A DNA stretch of 64,000 nucleotides from Thermodesulfobacteriota bacterium (GTDB lineage Bacteria > Desulfobacterota > Desulfarculia > JACQYL01). The DNA lies in assembly GCA_963675595.2 (NCBI GenBank), contig CAXXLZ010000002.1, forward strand, positions 672,001 through 736,000, written 5' to 3'. The notes under the pieces are model-generated. The model was not told the DNA's origin, made no database searches, and saw nothing but the letters and a program-made list of their open reading frames with translations. The translations under genes and the position numbers were made by a program. Shown here one piece after another: positions 39,509 through 48,862 of the stretch. Numbering within the stretch: position 1 is the first letter of the stretch; the number at the start of each line of letters is the position of its first letter.

Positions 39509-40264
39509 ATGTACTCCAAAGGAAAATTCCGAATCGGGAAGACCACCAGGGCTCTTGTCCTGGTGTGTGGGATGCTGGCGATTTGCACTTCTTCCTCTTG
39601 GGCAACCACCATCAAGGTCGACGGTTGGAGCGGCAGAAATGTCTGGGTCCATCTCGAAGACAGCTCGGGTGAGGTTCTGAAAGACGGAAAGGTGCTTGCC
39701 GCTGAATTCGATCTTTCCATCGACGGCTACGACACGATAGGGTATTGCGTCGAGCTTGACCAGTCTTTGAAGAAAGGAACCTACGATTACACGCTTACCA
39801 CGGCCGATATGGACCCGTTTAAGAAAGCCGCCTGGGTGATGCTCAACTATGCCCCAGGCTTAGGCAACATTGGCGCCTCGGCCAAAACAAATGAGGAAAA
39901 AATCCAGAGCGCCGCAGTTCAATTGGCTGTATGGGAACTAGTTTTCGACGTGGATCAAAGTGTGACCGACACGCAAGGTCTGTTCTTTGCCACGTCCAAG
40001 ACCGATCAATCCATTCTTCAACTGGCACAGAGCTATGTAGATGCGGTGAACCGGAATAATGTGGATTTTTCCGGCATTCTCGTCAACAGAGTCGCCCTGA
40101 ACGACGCGAAACAGGATCTCCTGGTGGTTGTTTCCACCCCAGTCCCGCCAAGCGTGTGGCTGTTGGGATCCGGTTTCCTCGCGTTTACCGGTATGCGCCT
40201 TCGGAAACGAAAAAACCCTATCATAAACGGGCAGAGAAGAAGGGCAGAGAATTCGAACCTTTAG
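39509..40264 (+). CDS. PEP-CTERM/VPLPA-type sorted surface protein with thioester-domain motifs
   Basis: Signal peptide; YCVELDQ, AVQLAVWE and KQDLL; C-terminal TPVPPSVWLLGSGFLAFTGMRLRKRK sorting signal. Confidence 0.85.
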   Translation: MYSKGKFRIGKTTRALVLVCGMLAICTSSSWATTIKVDGWSGRNVWVHLEDSSGEVLKDGKVLAAEFDLSIDGYDTIGYCVELDQSLKKGTYDYTLTTADMDPFKKAAWVMLNYAPGLGNIGASAKTNEEKIQSAAVQLAVWELVFDVDQSVTDTQGLFFATSKTDQSILQLAQSYVDAVNRNNVDFSGILVNRVALNDAKQDLLVVVSTPVPPSVWLLGSGFLAFTGMRLRKRKNPIINGQRRRAENSNL

Positions 40265-40357
40265 GAGCGCTTCAAGAAGCTAAGCTCAACGAGAGAGACT
40301 AAGTAAGAGAGGAATCGGTGATAAGAGGGTTTTGGGAACGTCCGACGACGCATCAAT

Positions 40358-40585
40358 TCAGTCGGACTTCCCATCAACGCCTCCAATCTCTTCCAAAAAC
40401 TCGGGATAACACTCTGCCATACAATCAGGACAAATACCGTGGGTGAACTCGGCATTTGAATGATCTCGTATGTACGTTTCCACCTGCTCCCAATATCCCC
40501 CATCATTCCGAACTTTTTTACAGATGGAGCAAATGGGAATAATTCCTCTAAGTTGACGTATTTCACCGATCGCCTTCTCAAGCTC
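40358..40585 (-). pseudogene. 3' remnant of a signalling protein gene, truncated at the IS end
   Basis: Frame without a start: ELEKAIGEIRQLRGIIPICSICKKVRNDGGYWEQVETYIRDHSNAEFTHGICPDC, a Cys-rich C-terminal module common on deltaproteobacterial PAS/receiver proteins. It begins at the IS boundary. Confidence 0.8.
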
Positions 40586-42463
40586 TGATGCCGTCGTAAG
40601 AACCCCCCTTTACGAACAGGGCTGTTTTTTGGAGCATTGGAAGTTCAAGCGGCCATTGCAACACTGCCAAGGTTACTGTCATCGTGACATAGGCTACAAA
40701 GACGACGGAAATTATCGTTGCTGCCTCCCTCTATCGAGTTGGAAAGGGCCTTCTTGGCCTTATCAAGGCGGCTCTGGACGAACCTCTTGATGTTGATGGC
40801 CAGGGCCTTCATGAAAACAGATAAGGTGACCCGTTTTTTGCCTCGGGTCCACGATCGTTTCAATCCCGTGACCCGATCCGCTTCGGAGATGGTGGCCTCG
40901 ATGCCGGACCGGATTTTGTAGCGTTCTTTGAAATCATGGCTTTCCTGCTGTAGTCTGCGCTTGGAGGTCGCCATGTCCTTGCGCTTGTACTTCAGTCGAT
41001 AATTTCCGCCCTTGATCCGTTTTACCGGACAGATGGGGAGAAATTCGCATAGGAGACAGTGCTCGCGGGAAAACACGGCTTCCACCGCTTTGCCGCGGTC
41101 AACGATCTTGCATTCAAGTGGCGCGTGCCCCCGGATACAGTAAACGACCTGGGTGCAGTCCTCGTTCGTTTCAAAGTCACTCAACTGCATCTTATTGAGA
41201 TCCGGCGCTTTTCCGCAAGTCACCGGAGCGGTAAGCTCGACTCCGTGCTCGTGAGCTTGAAGGATGTTCTCGCCGCTGCCGTAGCCTGCGTCGGCGAACA
41301 ACTCTTCGGGTTTGCGGCCCGTTTCCTCCAGGCGTTCGATAACGGGCATCACGTCTTTCTGGTCGCTGTCATAGGAAGGGGCCACGTCCACATCGGTGAT
41401 CACCTGGAAGGGATTTTCCTTCACGCAGGTCTCCGTGAGGGAAGCCTTATATCCTTTGCCCTTGCGCCCATAGGTGGCGTCGGGATCCGAAGGATTCTGC
41501 AGGGAGTCCGCAGGGATTTCCTTGGGCTTCTCGAGTTCTGTTTTGTCGGGATCTCCCTCGGTGAAACGGCATTGCTCCGACAGTAGTCGGGCCATCAGCC
41601 GGTATTCTTTCATTCGGCTGATTTCCGGATGACCTCGGAAGCGGTCCACCAGGTCGGCGAGATGGCGGGCGGACTTGTCCAGACGACGCTTGGCCCGCGA
41701 TGATTTTGCATCGGCAAAATAGCCTGCGCGCTTCAAGTAGGCCTTGTCGTAAAGTCGGGGCAGTTTCTCATACAACTTGGGATGTTTCTTATGGAGCCGT
41801 TTCAAGAACGCCTCGATGGTGCGCGTAAAGAGCCCCAGACGGCTCAGATGAGCCATGTTGGAAGTGATCTGTGTGGAGTCCAACCGCTGTTTGTCCGTGC
41901 TAAGGGCCGCCGTCTCGATGATGGCGTCCGTGATTCCGGTAAAGAGGCTCCGCGCTTGCTTGTTGTCGGTAATCAAGGTCCGGAAATTGTGCAGGGTCTT
42001 CTGGCAGACGTGAGATTCAAAGGCGTTGATGTTGAAGGCATATTGCCAACGCAGATCGAAGTCCAGAGCGCCCAAGACTTCCGCATCGGTCAGGCTGTTC
42101 ATTTCCTTCAAAACACACGCTCCGACAAGGATGGCCACGGGTCTGTTGGGCCTGCCGTTGTCCTCACAGTAGAAAGGCCGGAAAGACTCCTCATCGATCA
42201 TGGGAAGCACCAGGCGCCGGAACGGACCGGCCCACGTCTTCTCCAACGCCTCGATCCTGTCTGCGGGAAGGCAAATATCGTGGTCGAAAATGGTCTTTTG
42301 CGTTCTCTTAGGCCGAAACAAAACAACCCCCCTAAGGACCATATTATTAATCAAGTCAGATACTTATCATACAGGACCCAAAAGAAAGGTCAACCCATAA
42401 ATGCCATTTTTATTCATATTTTCAACTAGATACCTTTACGGAGAGGTTTTTACGAACTCATCA
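40586..42463 (-). mobile_element. IS1182-like insertion sequence (about 1.88 kb)
   Basis: Imperfect terminal IRs TGATGCCGTCGTAAGAACC (40586-40604) and TGATGAGTTCGTAAAAACC (reverse complement of 42445-42463), 15/19 identical, flanking the transposase; no clear target duplication. Confidence 0.8.
40645..42354 (-). CDS. DDE transposase (IS1182-like, DUF772 plus DDE_Tnp_1_6 type)
   Basis: YCEDNGRP, QRLDSTQI, QNPSDPDATY..K.KGYK, ADAGYGS and YKIRSGIEATIS. The real start may be TTG near 42321. Confidence 0.92.
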   Translation of the reverse strand: MINNMVLRGVVLFRPKRTQKTIFDHDICLPADRIEALEKTWAGPFRRLVLPMIDEESFRPFYCEDNGRPNRPVAILVGACVLKEMNSLTDAEVLGALDFDLRWQYAFNINAFESHVCQKTLHNFRTLITDNKQARSLFTGITDAIIETAALSTDKQRLDSTQITSNMAHLSRLGLFTRTIEAFLKRLHKKHPKLYEKLPRLYDKAYLKRAGYFADAKSSRAKRRLDKSARHLADLVDRFRGHPEISRMKEYRLMARLLSEQCRFTEGDPDKTELEKPKEIPADSLQNPSDPDATYGRKGKGYKASLTETCVKENPFQVITDVDVAPSYDSDQKDVMPVIERLEETGRKPEELFADAGYGSGENILQAHEHGVELTAPVTCGKAPDLNKMQLSDFETNEDCTQVVYCIRGHAPLECKIVDRGKAVEAVFSREHCLLCEFLPICPVKRIKGGNYRLKYKRKDMATSKRRLQQESHDFKERYKIRSGIEATISEADRVTGLKRSWTRGKKRVTLSVFMKALAINIKRFVQSRLDKAKKALSNSIEGGSNDNFRRLCSLCHDDSNLGSVAMAA

Positions 42464-42692
42464 ATATTGTGAACCAAGAACTCCAATGCATTTTTTGAAA
42501 ACGACTCTTTATTTCGTTGCCCCAAGACAAATCCGAACATTGCTTTCCTTCATCTAAGAATGGGATAGATGAGGGATAGACCTGATAGCCCTGTTGAGGA
42601 GGTTTTGGCCCTTTCCTCGCTTTGGTGGAATAAATCCGGAAGTGCGAGCATGACAAAAGGCCGCCTTCTTCTGGTGCATCGAGCCATTGTGC

Positions 42693-43286
42693 TCACGTAG
42701 CTTTTCTACTTACTTCATAGTTGTGAATGCCCAAAGCAGTAAAGGCAAACCCGAGGGATGCGAACGTTCCTGTAAACATGAGAAGTGCCAATATATCTAA
42801 GGGATCTCCACGCAAGGATTGATAGAGGGTTCTTCGATCTCTTTCGGACGTTTGGCCGCCGAGCTCTCTATGTTCTTCAAGCAATAGGCCCTTATTCTTT
42901 GACACCCACACTTCGATGTTCTTTTCCAGATCAGATGACACCAAGCGATGCGTTTCGACGTCCAAGTAAACGACTCTGACCGATAGGAAAGCAAAAAAGC
43001 AAGACAGCGCAACTGCCATGCTAACAATGCCAAGTTTGCGCGCAAACTTCAAGTCGAGCAAACGCTCACGGTATGTAATAAGGAGAAGGATCCCAAAAGC
43101 CGAAATAGTAGTGCCTATGATCGGGTAGAGTGCAGCAATCCTCGACTCTTCGGTTGCTACAGGTATCTTCAGCAGGGCACTAGCACCGGGGAAAAGCACA
43201 GCCGCTGCTCCAAGGAGGCCCCATAGCGTCTTCAGGTAGCTTAGTAGCTCTTTGAGTTTTATTATCTTCATTTTAAATGAAATCAC
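42693..43286 (-). CDS. Hypothetical four-TM membrane protein (AT-richer region)
   Basis: Four hydrophobic segments; no recognised family; start may be ATG 43271. Confidence 0.6.
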   Translation of the reverse strand: MISFKMKIIKLKELLSYLKTLWGLLGAAAVLFPGASALLKIPVATEESRIAALYPIIGTTISAFGILLLITYRERLLDLKFARKLGIVSMAVALSCFFAFLSVRVVYLDVETHRLVSSDLEKNIEVWVSKNKGLLLEEHRELGGQTSERDRRTLYQSLRGDPLDILALLMFTGTFASLGFAFTALGIHNYEVSRKAT

Positions 43287-43483
43287 ACAGGCCTGTTGGT
43301 TTTCACCTCATCCTTCAAGTTCGTTACTGTGTGGTGAATAGGCATCGGAATTCAATCCCTACCTCTTGTAAAGAGGCCAAATCTCCTCTTGGCTCTTTTG
43401 AAGTCCTTTTCTGACTGGCAAAAAGCATAGATACATGCTTGAGAAGTTAGGCCCAAACCCGTTTCCCTATCTCGTCACTTCTT

Positions 43484-43807
43484 TCACCGGTTCGTACATT
43501 GGTACGCGTGCCCCATGACGTGGGGCGACCAGATATTTCGGGAAGGCTCTTGCCACACAACATGCGTGGCGCCCAATGACGCCGCCAGCTCCATGGCCTC
43601 GATCTTGGCATTCCGTCGGCCCACTTCGGCCATGGCCATGCCCCACCCCGATCTTCCTTGCACGATTCCCAGGTACTTGCATTCCAGAACCCGATCCTGG
43701 GTGGTCTCGATCAAAGATTCGGCCTTGGGGGAAAGGTGGCCGGTGCACGAAGTCGCAGAAACGAAGGTGAGCAGGAGGATACACAAGAGAAGCAATCGTT
43801 GGATCAT
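43484..43807 (-). CDS. DUF4156-like small lipoprotein
   Basis: SD AAGGAG; lipobox TSC; CKYLGIVQG...AASLGATHVV...GHAYQC pattern. Confidence 0.72.
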   Translation of the reverse strand: MIQRLLLLCILLLTFVSATSCTGHLSPKAESLIETTQDRVLECKYLGIVQGRSGWGMAMAEVGRRNAKIEAMELAASLGATHVVWQEPSRNIWSPHVMGHAYQCTNR

Positions 43808-43978
43808 GCGGTCTCCTTGCCGGAAGCATGAAAAGCCCGGTTTCCTGCAGATCGGTTGATCCGGCGATCCCCGACGGAGAGCGCCCATGTGAATCCGTCA
43901 ATCCGCCCAAGTGTCCGACACCGAACCTCATTCTCCGATGCGGACAAGTCTCCGAAATTCCGATCCACTCTTAGGCCG

Positions 43979-44536
43979 TCATCCGAGCACTTCAGATGTC
44001 GGCTTGAGCTTTCTCTTAAGGGCCGGGGACGACAAGTCTCGGTGCAGGTCCTCCAGGCATCGCTGCACCACCTTGGTGCATGCGGAAAATCCCGAGCCTC
44101 CCCTGTTCGCGTGATAATAACTTTTAACGAATATGACCTCACCTTGACGCAGCATGCGCACATCAACGTAGGCCCTGCTCCAGGCACCGGTACAGCCCGC
44201 GGCGCTTCCGGCGTTCCTGTAGGCCACGTGCAGCACCGTCGCATCGGGACTATCCGTTGGAACCACCTCGTACCCCGCGGACCAGAGGACTTCTTCCACA
44301 CCATGCCGCAAATTGCTGCAGGCCTGCTCCTTTTGGATGAAGCGATCGGCTTTCCAGCCTTCTTCGGCCGTCACCTCCACAGAGGCCACCGTCACGCCGG
44401 TAACGTAGCCCTCTTGGCCGGCCTCCGCCGGGACTCTGAAATTGAGTGGATACACGGAGTATTCGCCGTGCGCACACGCGAGCAGTCCGAAGATGGAAAA
44501 CAGAATCAGGAGCTTCAACAAGCGGGAATAGGACAT
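43979..44536 (-). CDS. Hypothetical lipoprotein
   Basis: Lipobox LLAC after a hydrophobic signal; alpha/beta pattern. Confidence 0.68.
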   Translation of the reverse strand: MSYSRLLKLLILFSIFGLLACAHGEYSVYPLNFRVPAEAGQEGYVTGVTVASVEVTAEEGWKADRFIQKEQACSNLRHGVEEVLWSAGYEVVPTDSPDATVLHVAYRNAGSAAGCTGAWSRAYVDVRMLRQGEVIFVKSYYHANRGGSGFSACTKVVQRCLEDLHRDLSSPALKRKLKPTSEVLG

Positions 44537-44896
44537 GGGTCAAGCCTCATCGGAATGTGGAGAAGACGGGTCCGCTCTCGGCGGAGAGGCGCTCCTTGAA
44601 GACGGATTCCTTGTATGATGAATCTGAGCCCTGTGGGTGGGCGGCGGCGCAAGTTCAAACCCCTGGTCGGTCTGGTTCCCCGCCTACACGGCAACGCGAT
44701 ACACCGTCTCTTTCCTCGTTTTGGGAGCGAATTCATCATACACCGACTTCTCAGCTACGACAATAAGCGGATCCATGGTTTTTTCTCATGGAAATCATGA
44801 GTTTCTCTCATGGATTTTGTGATTCGAAAGCAGGAAGAAGAGATGGCGGGGTATGCCCTTGCGAATCACCTATGGAATTCGCAAAACGAGCGGCAT

Positions 44897-44997
44897 GTAC
44901 CGTTCAACGTATTAAAATACTTCAAGTTTTTTGGAGGGAGCCCGAGGGAACCCTATTTCCCAAAAGGGTTCCCTCGGATACCCCTCTGAACGGATAC
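44897..44997 (+). repeat. Palindromic MITE/REP-like repeat, family B, copy 1
   Basis: Ends GTACCGTTCA...TGAACGGATAC; internal hairpin CCGAGGGAACCCT...AGGGTTCCCTCGG; related to 55506-55633 and 57111-57182. Confidence 0.65.
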
Positions 44998-45169
44998 GGT
45001 GACCGAGGTCCGCCCCTACCGGGAGGAGGGTGTCACGATGGGGAGGCGACGAAACACGCCGGTTCAAGCGCGGAATGTTCCGTTGGAACGTTCATTTTCA
45101 ATGGATAATATTCAGAGAGATGAGTCGATCTTATCGCCCTTGGTGGGGACGCGTCACGGAATATAGAAT

Positions 45170-47437
45170 TCATCCACGAGAAGTATCGGGGAGGGGTCGG
45201 GCAATCCTGATGGGAAGCCGGCGAACGGGTTTTCCGGTGGCTGCGAAAACGGCGTTGGCCACGGCGGCGCCGATGGGCAGAACGCCTAGCTCTCCAACAC
45301 CCACGGGGGTTCTGTAGCTGGGCGTGAGATGTACCTCAATACTTGGGATTTCGTTCATTCTCAGTATGGGATAATCGTGGAAGTTACTCTGCACCACCTG
45401 TCCTTTTTGCAGCGTAATTTCTTCCTTGAGCGCTGCGGAGAGTCCGAACAAGATTCCTCCAAAAATCTGCGATTCCACGATATTAGGATTGACCACCCTT
45501 CCACAATCGACCGCACAGATAACGCGATGTACGCGCACCTCATCGCCGTTTTCCAAGGAGACCTCAGCCACCTGCGCCGCAATGCTGCCCACCTCGTGCG
45601 CCTGAACGGCAATGCCCCGGTATCTGCCGTTGGGCGGGGGATTGTTCCACCCGGCTTTACTAGCGGCCAATTCCAGCACCGCCTTGTGCCGAGGAGAACG
45701 TGCCAACAGCTTTCTTCTCAATTCAAAGGGATCCATATGGGTCGCGGCGGCGATCTCATCCATGAAACACTCTATGGCGAAAGCGTTTTGTACGTGTCCA
45801 ACACCCCGATGCGCTCCGGTCTTAACAGGTTCCGGAAGCCTCCCTTGAAGCAACTCCACAGCCTTGTTGGGTACGCCGTAAGGGATCTCATCCACACCGG
45901 TCAATAATTGCACGTAACTCCCCAGGGCGGCGATCCGGTGCCACCAGAAAGTGATCCAACCGCCATCGTCGATGCCTGCTCTTATTTCGCACGTGTAGGC
46001 AGGCCGATAGTGGTCGTGTTGAATATCGTCTTCGCGCGTCCATAAGACCTTTACAGGAGCGCCGACAGCTCTCGACACTTGTGCGGCCTCGGCCACAAAA
46101 TCCGTCGACAATCGACGTCCGAACCCTCCTCCCATTTCTATTTTGTGGAGTTCTATGGCAGTGGGACCCAGACCCGTCCATTGGCTTGCAGTCAACACCG
46201 AGTTCCAAGGGTCTTGAGTCGGTACCCAGAATTCGGCGCTGTGCTCTCGAACGGAGGCAACACAACACATGGGTTCCGAAGTGACGTGAGCCAGATAAGG
46301 CGCCCGATACACGGCGGACAGCGTTTTTGCGCTCGAGGCTTCGGCGGAAAGCACGTTGCCCCGATTCAAGATGAGTTTGCCCGTTTCTTCCCGAAGCCAG
46401 TCGTCAAAAATGCCTGCAATCAAAAGGTTGTCCACGTTGCCGTTCAGTCCGCTTTCCCATTGAATGCGCAGTGCATCCCGGCCTCTTTGGGCGGACCGGA
46501 AATCCCGGGCTACCACTGCCACGCCGACGACTTTGGACCTGGTTGGATGCCATGGGTCCTGAAAATCGCTGGAACCGGTTTGACCTTGAGCCGGAGATAC
46601 CGGATCCGACGCGCCGCGCGCCTGCAACTCGTTGGAACGCATGTAGGCCCATTTCCTGCGGATGGTTTCTCGCGGCGAACCAAACACCGGTATGACATAA
46701 CGCACGCCTTCGATCGCTTTGGCGGCATTTGCATCGACTGTCTTGGCCCAACCATTTAACACGGGGCATCGGGCTATGGTGGCGACCATCATGTTCGGCA
46801 TCTTCAGATCATAGCAATAGCGAAGCTCCCCCTTCGCCTTCTTCGGCGTCCCCAAACGTTTTAACGCCTTTCCGATCAGTTCGTAACCCTTCGGGTTTTT
46901 CAGATGCACACGTTCCGGTATCTTGAGCATGGAGGCTTTTTCGGCCAACGAGCCGTATCCCAGCCGCCGACCGGTCGCATGGTGGATAACGAACCCTCGT
47001 ACCGCTTGACAGGTCTCCTTGGGGACACCCCATTTAAGGGCCCCGGCTTCAAGCAGCATTTCTCTTGCGGTAGCGCCCGCGATCAGGAGCCTTTTCCACA
47101 GCGTCCGGATCGACTTACTGGAACCCGTAGATTGAGGAGCGTATTCCAAGGTGACCGGCGCCCACTCCGTGCGCACTTTTGCCCAATCCGCTTCCAGCTC
47201 TTCGGCCAACACCATGGCAAGAGACGTGGATATTCCCTGTCCCATTTCACACCTTGAAATGAGTACGGTCACTTCGTCGTCCGGACCGATTTTCACCCAG
47301 GCGGCCAATTCCGTTTCGAATTGTTGAGCGTGACCGATTCCAAGAGGCCCCATTGAGACTCCGACAGCCAGACCACCGCCGGAAAGCGCCGCGACTTTGA
47401 GAAAAGTCCGCCTGGAAATGTGGGTACCTTCATTCAT
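45170..47437 (-). CDS. iorB: Xanthine dehydrogenase-family molybdopterin subunit (isoquinoline 1-oxidoreductase beta-like), Tat-exported
   Basis: SRRTFLK Tat motif; EMGQG, GGGFGRR, WTREDD, DCGRVVNP, SNFHDY and GVGELG. Confidence 0.93.
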   Translation of the reverse strand: MNEGTHISRRTFLKVAALSGGGLAVGVSMGPLGIGHAQQFETELAAWVKIGPDDEVTVLISRCEMGQGISTSLAMVLAEELEADWAKVRTEWAPVTLEYAPQSTGSSKSIRTLWKRLLIAGATAREMLLEAGALKWGVPKETCQAVRGFVIHHATGRRLGYGSLAEKASMLKIPERVHLKNPKGYELIGKALKRLGTPKKAKGELRYCYDLKMPNMMVATIARCPVLNGWAKTVDANAAKAIEGVRYVIPVFGSPRETIRRKWAYMRSNELQARGASDPVSPAQGQTGSSDFQDPWHPTRSKVVGVAVVARDFRSAQRGRDALRIQWESGLNGNVDNLLIAGIFDDWLREETGKLILNRGNVLSAEASSAKTLSAVYRAPYLAHVTSEPMCCVASVREHSAEFWVPTQDPWNSVLTASQWTGLGPTAIELHKIEMGGGFGRRLSTDFVAEAAQVSRAVGAPVKVLWTREDDIQHDHYRPAYTCEIRAGIDDGGWITFWWHRIAALGSYVQLLTGVDEIPYGVPNKAVELLQGRLPEPVKTGAHRGVGHVQNAFAIECFMDEIAAATHMDPFELRRKLLARSPRHKAVLELAASKAGWNNPPPNGRYRGIAVQAHEVGSIAAQVAEVSLENGDEVRVHRVICAVDCGRVVNPNIVESQIFGGILFGLSAALKEEITLQKGQVVQSNFHDYPILRMNEIPSIEVHLTPSYRTPVGVGELGVLPIGAAVANAVFAATGKPVRRLPIRIARPLPDTSRG

Positions 47438-47443
47438 AGCGAA

Positions 47444-47908
47444 TCACTTATTCTTCTTCATGAGTTCGCCGGCTCGGTATATGGCTTTTCGTATTCGATG
47501 ATAGGTTCCGCAACGACAAAGATTTTGGGACATGGCTTCGTCAATATCCGAATCCGTGGGGTTGGGGTTTGAGGTCAGAAGAGCCGTGGCCGTTACAATC
47601 TGCCCCGGCTGGCAATACCCGCATTCCGGAACGTCCTCCTCGATCCACGCCGTAATCACCGGATGACCTTTATCCGCCGCCAAACCCTCAATCGTGGTGA
47701 CCTTTGCGCCGCGAACATAGGAAACGGGCGTGACGCAGGAGTGAACGACCTCGCCGTCCACAAGAACGTTGCATGCCCCGCACAGACCCTTGCCGCAACT
47801 GTATTTTGTTCCGGTGAGTCCCAGGACGTCTCTCAAAACCCACAGCAAAGGCATGTCCTGAAGGACTTCCAATGCGACCGACTTACCGTTTAATACGAAT
47901 TCAATCAC
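47444..47908 (-). CDS. iorA: (2Fe-2S)-binding subunit (isoquinoline 1-oxidoreductase alpha-like)
   Basis: [21 protein letters not shown] and NLCRCGTY; GTG start at 47908 after GGAGAGGA. Confidence 0.94.
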   Translation of the reverse strand: MIEFVLNGKSVALEVLQDMPLLWVLRDVLGLTGTKYSCGKGLCGACNVLVDGEVVHSCVTPVSYVRGAKVTTIEGLAADKGHPVITAWIEEDVPECGYCQPGQIVTATALLTSNPNPTDSDIDEAMSQNLCRCGTYHRIRKAIYRAGELMKKNK

Positions 47909-48274
47909 TGTATGTCCTCTCCGACTCTCCACGCCTCTGAAGGAAAAAGCCCGATATTGATGCTAGGCGGTCGCGGAACCTCACCCATTCCCGACAGTCC
48001 TCTTCTTACTTGACGGACTGCGAAGCACGCCTGATGACACCATGACTATGCCTGCCGAAGAAGGCCGGTTGCGGCTGTTCCTGATCGAATATAATACACC
48101 GACTTAGCCCCCACGACAATATAGGGATGCACGGAGTGCACCGTCATGGCGGGTTGTTCGAAGATCAAAACGGCGCAAGGCCTTTTCGGGCGGACAATAG
48201 GGTTCGCCATCGGGGGATGCGCTTCGGGGTGGGCGGCAATGAAGAAGGGCCGGGGCCGCGGGGTTGAGAACCCG

Positions 48275-48300
48275 GGGCAGGCACTGTGGCCTGCCCCTAC
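48275..48300 (-). repeat. GTAG-type REP element
   Basis: Minus strand GTAG-GGGCAGGC-CACAGT-GCCTGCCC; partial relatives near 21612-21631 and 45005-45019. Confidence 0.6.
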
Positions 48301-48332
48301 AAACCCAGTGCCCCCTTCCAAACGTTTTTAGC

Positions 48333-48372
48333 GAGCCTCACCGCCTTCGGCGGAGAGGCTGAGGGAGAGATC
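48333..48372 (+). repeat. 40-bp repeat, family C, copy 1
   Basis: GAGCCTCACCGCCTTCGGCGGAGAGGCTGAGGGAGAGATC; 37/40 identical to the reverse complement of 55449-55488. Confidence 0.7.
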
Positions 48373-48862
48373 CCTTGCCCATACCCAACGTTTCTCACGT
48401 CTCATGAATTCGCGCAATAGACCTCTATTTCGGCTTCGTCACGTTTAGCGGGACGGAGCCGATCCGGATGGTCACCCTGTCAATACGCACAATGCTTCCG
48501 CATCGCTTTCAAGCGAAGGTGAGCGGTATCCGTGCGATTGGCGATGACGAGCACCCAAGATGTGGGTTCGGTTGGTCGGCGGCATTGTTGATTTTGGGGG
48601 CGGCATGGGATAGTACAAGACGTAATAGAAGCGCGACGTGGTAAGCTTGGCGTGTGCTGATCCGCCTATGGTAGTTTGTCATCGGGCGCCCGGCCGCCCT
48701 TTGCGTGCTCCCTTGTGTTCCTTAATTACAAGCAAGATAAGGCGGTAGCCGCACGGAAGAGCTGGAAAGACCCAAAGCAACCCCGTTACTTCCTTTTTAT
48801 TATGACGGACTATTACGGAACGCTCGGCAAATGATAGCAAAAGACAAAGAGAAGTATAGCAA

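Noticed and set aside
42464-42540. Short frame MFGFVLGQR... as the N-terminus of the gene cut by the IS
   Set aside because: Joining the flanks at the inferred IS ends is out of frame with the 40358-40585 remnant.
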